Source of the DNA: Torpedo marmorata
Taxonomy: Eukaryota
Length of the DNA: 64,000 nucleotides
Assembly: GCA_977017645.1 (NCBI GenBank)
Contig: OZ360229.1
Span: forward strand, 98,146,001-98,210,000
Direction: 5' to 3'
This document shows positions 62,421 through 64,000 of this stretch, piece by piece. The translations under genes were made by a program, and so were the position numbers. Under the pieces are notes generated by a model. That model was not told where the DNA came from. It worked only from the letters and a program-made list of their open reading frames with translations, and made no database searches. How positions within the stretch are numbered: the first letter of the stretch is position 1; the number at the start of each line of letters is the position of its first letter.

Positions 62421-62694
62421 TAATTGGTGCCAGATCTAAGCTTGTTGCAGAACATTCTCGGAGGATGGAGATGACCAGTCTTGATTTCTGTTTATTTTGG
62501 TACAAATGATATGAGTCGAAATAGTATGAGGTCCCTCTGGCATTTGAAAATAGGAAAATAAAGATCCGAATTGCATCCGAACGAGAAGTAGAAAGTTTTA
62601 AGACCGAAACAAACATTGAGAAAATTTTAGTTTTAATTATACAAATTAAATAAGGTCGACTGTGGACACTGGACCACATTAAGATGTAGCTCTT

Positions 62695-63039
62695 GCCCTT
62701 TTTACACAGAGATCCCACTTAATTGGTGTGTGAACGACCCGTCTTTAAAGCCAGCTCGGGTCGTTCACACTGAACCAAGAAAAGTCGGGTTAGTGCGACC
62801 TTTTACATAGCAACCCAGCAAAAAGAGGCGGGACCAGCAGCATTACGATGTCGGCGTCCCGGGAGGCTGGGTACGCCTTTTAAGCAGGAGCCGATGCGTT
62901 TCGCATCGGCTCTGATACTACCTACCTTGGCGGGTAATACACAGGATGAAAATGACCCCCCATCCTGCGATCATTGTGTTTACACAGAGCGGTTAAAAGG
63001 AGGTTAATTCCTGTCTTTTAACAGCTGTGTAAAAGGGGC
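62695..63039. mobile_element. PIF/Harbinger-like MITE
   Basis: gccctttttacacag / ctgtgtaaaaggggc termini followed by taa. Confidence 0.65.
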
Positions 63040-64000
63040 TAATGAGACCAGGCTTAAGGTGTTCAATTAAAATAAAGAAGGAATAAAGAACTGGTACTGC
63101 CAGTATTGATAACCTGAAGCACTGAAGACCAATCAGAATTTAAGAAACCAAAGACTGCTGGGATGTTTTTTGTAAGGCACCAACTCGTGGGTATTGTAGA
63201 GGAGAAATGTTCAAGTGCCATGGAATAGTAAAAATGGGGATTTCAACTAAACAAATAACAGGTGAGAACAGCAATGGCATAAAAGGAAAGGAGATAGAGG
63301 TGTGTTCAGGTGAATGTTCCTCGATCAGTTCATCTCTAGCCAAATAAGGACTTGGCTCTGCAAAATGAGTCCGGCTAAGTGGAACAAATGAGTAGGGAAA
63401 TATTAGGAGGTCATAATATCATAAAATTTGCAAAGGAGTTTGTAGAAGTGTTTGTATTTCTGCTCTATACAAAACACTTTATTGTGAGGACTATCCTGCA
63501 AATCTTTTTATTGTCCTTTGGGCCAGAGAAATGTGTTTGACAACAAATGTAATGCAAGAATGAAAAGCAACAGTAAAGTTCAAATTTTCACACCAAGGTT
63601 TGTATTGGAAAGAAAGGAAACTATTTATCTGAAGTCTTCCATCTATCTGAGGACACTCCAATAATCCTTTTCTATGCACCCCTTCTCCCTTGCCGCTGAA
63701 ATGTATTGCAGGCATTGAGATCATGACAAATGTAATTACTGTATTTTTGGAAGTTTGTTTGTATGTTCAGGTCTATTTGAGTTCAACATGGTTCCACAAA
63801 CAGCAATGAAATAATCACTTGGTCATCTGTTGATGTTTTTCCCCCAATCCTTCCCATGATTCAAATATTGTTTGGGACATTGGAGAGAAATGTTCTATGT
63901 GCCTCCAAGGTTGTAACAGCATGATATCTATTACACGCTAGTTCAATGTTTTATACAAAATTGTTATTCTATTAGTGGTTGATGTATTACAGTATTATCC

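Overview
This is vertebrate genomic DNA, most likely from a cartilaginous fish, judging by the V-SINE/CR1/Rex-Babar/Penelope repeat set. The first ~41 kb is a dense stack of retroelements. One minus-strand Rex1/Babar LINE fragment (~8200-25396) is split by a Gypsy element (tRNA-Trp PBS), a second Rex/Babar LINE that itself carries a Penelope-type hairpin insert, a Gmr1-like Gypsy (integrase upstream of RT) and a 5'-truncated L1-clade LINE. A very young BEL/Pao element with apparently identical LTRs follows. Its single ~1230-aa ORF reads SAP-Gag-protease and then, in place of RT/RNase H/integrase, continues in frame into sequence strongly resembling the host protein MIPOL1. Its PBS position is complementary to its own LTR, suggesting self-priming. 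Next is a young gamma-type (class I) endogenous retrovirus with a gag-pol deletion but an intact ERV3-like env. From ~41.5 kb the window holds the 5' part of the DEAD-box helicase gene DDX6 (+ strand): four coding exons, with introns full of MITEs, SINEs and LINE fragments. All family assignments come from motif recognition and recalled sequences; no searches were run.
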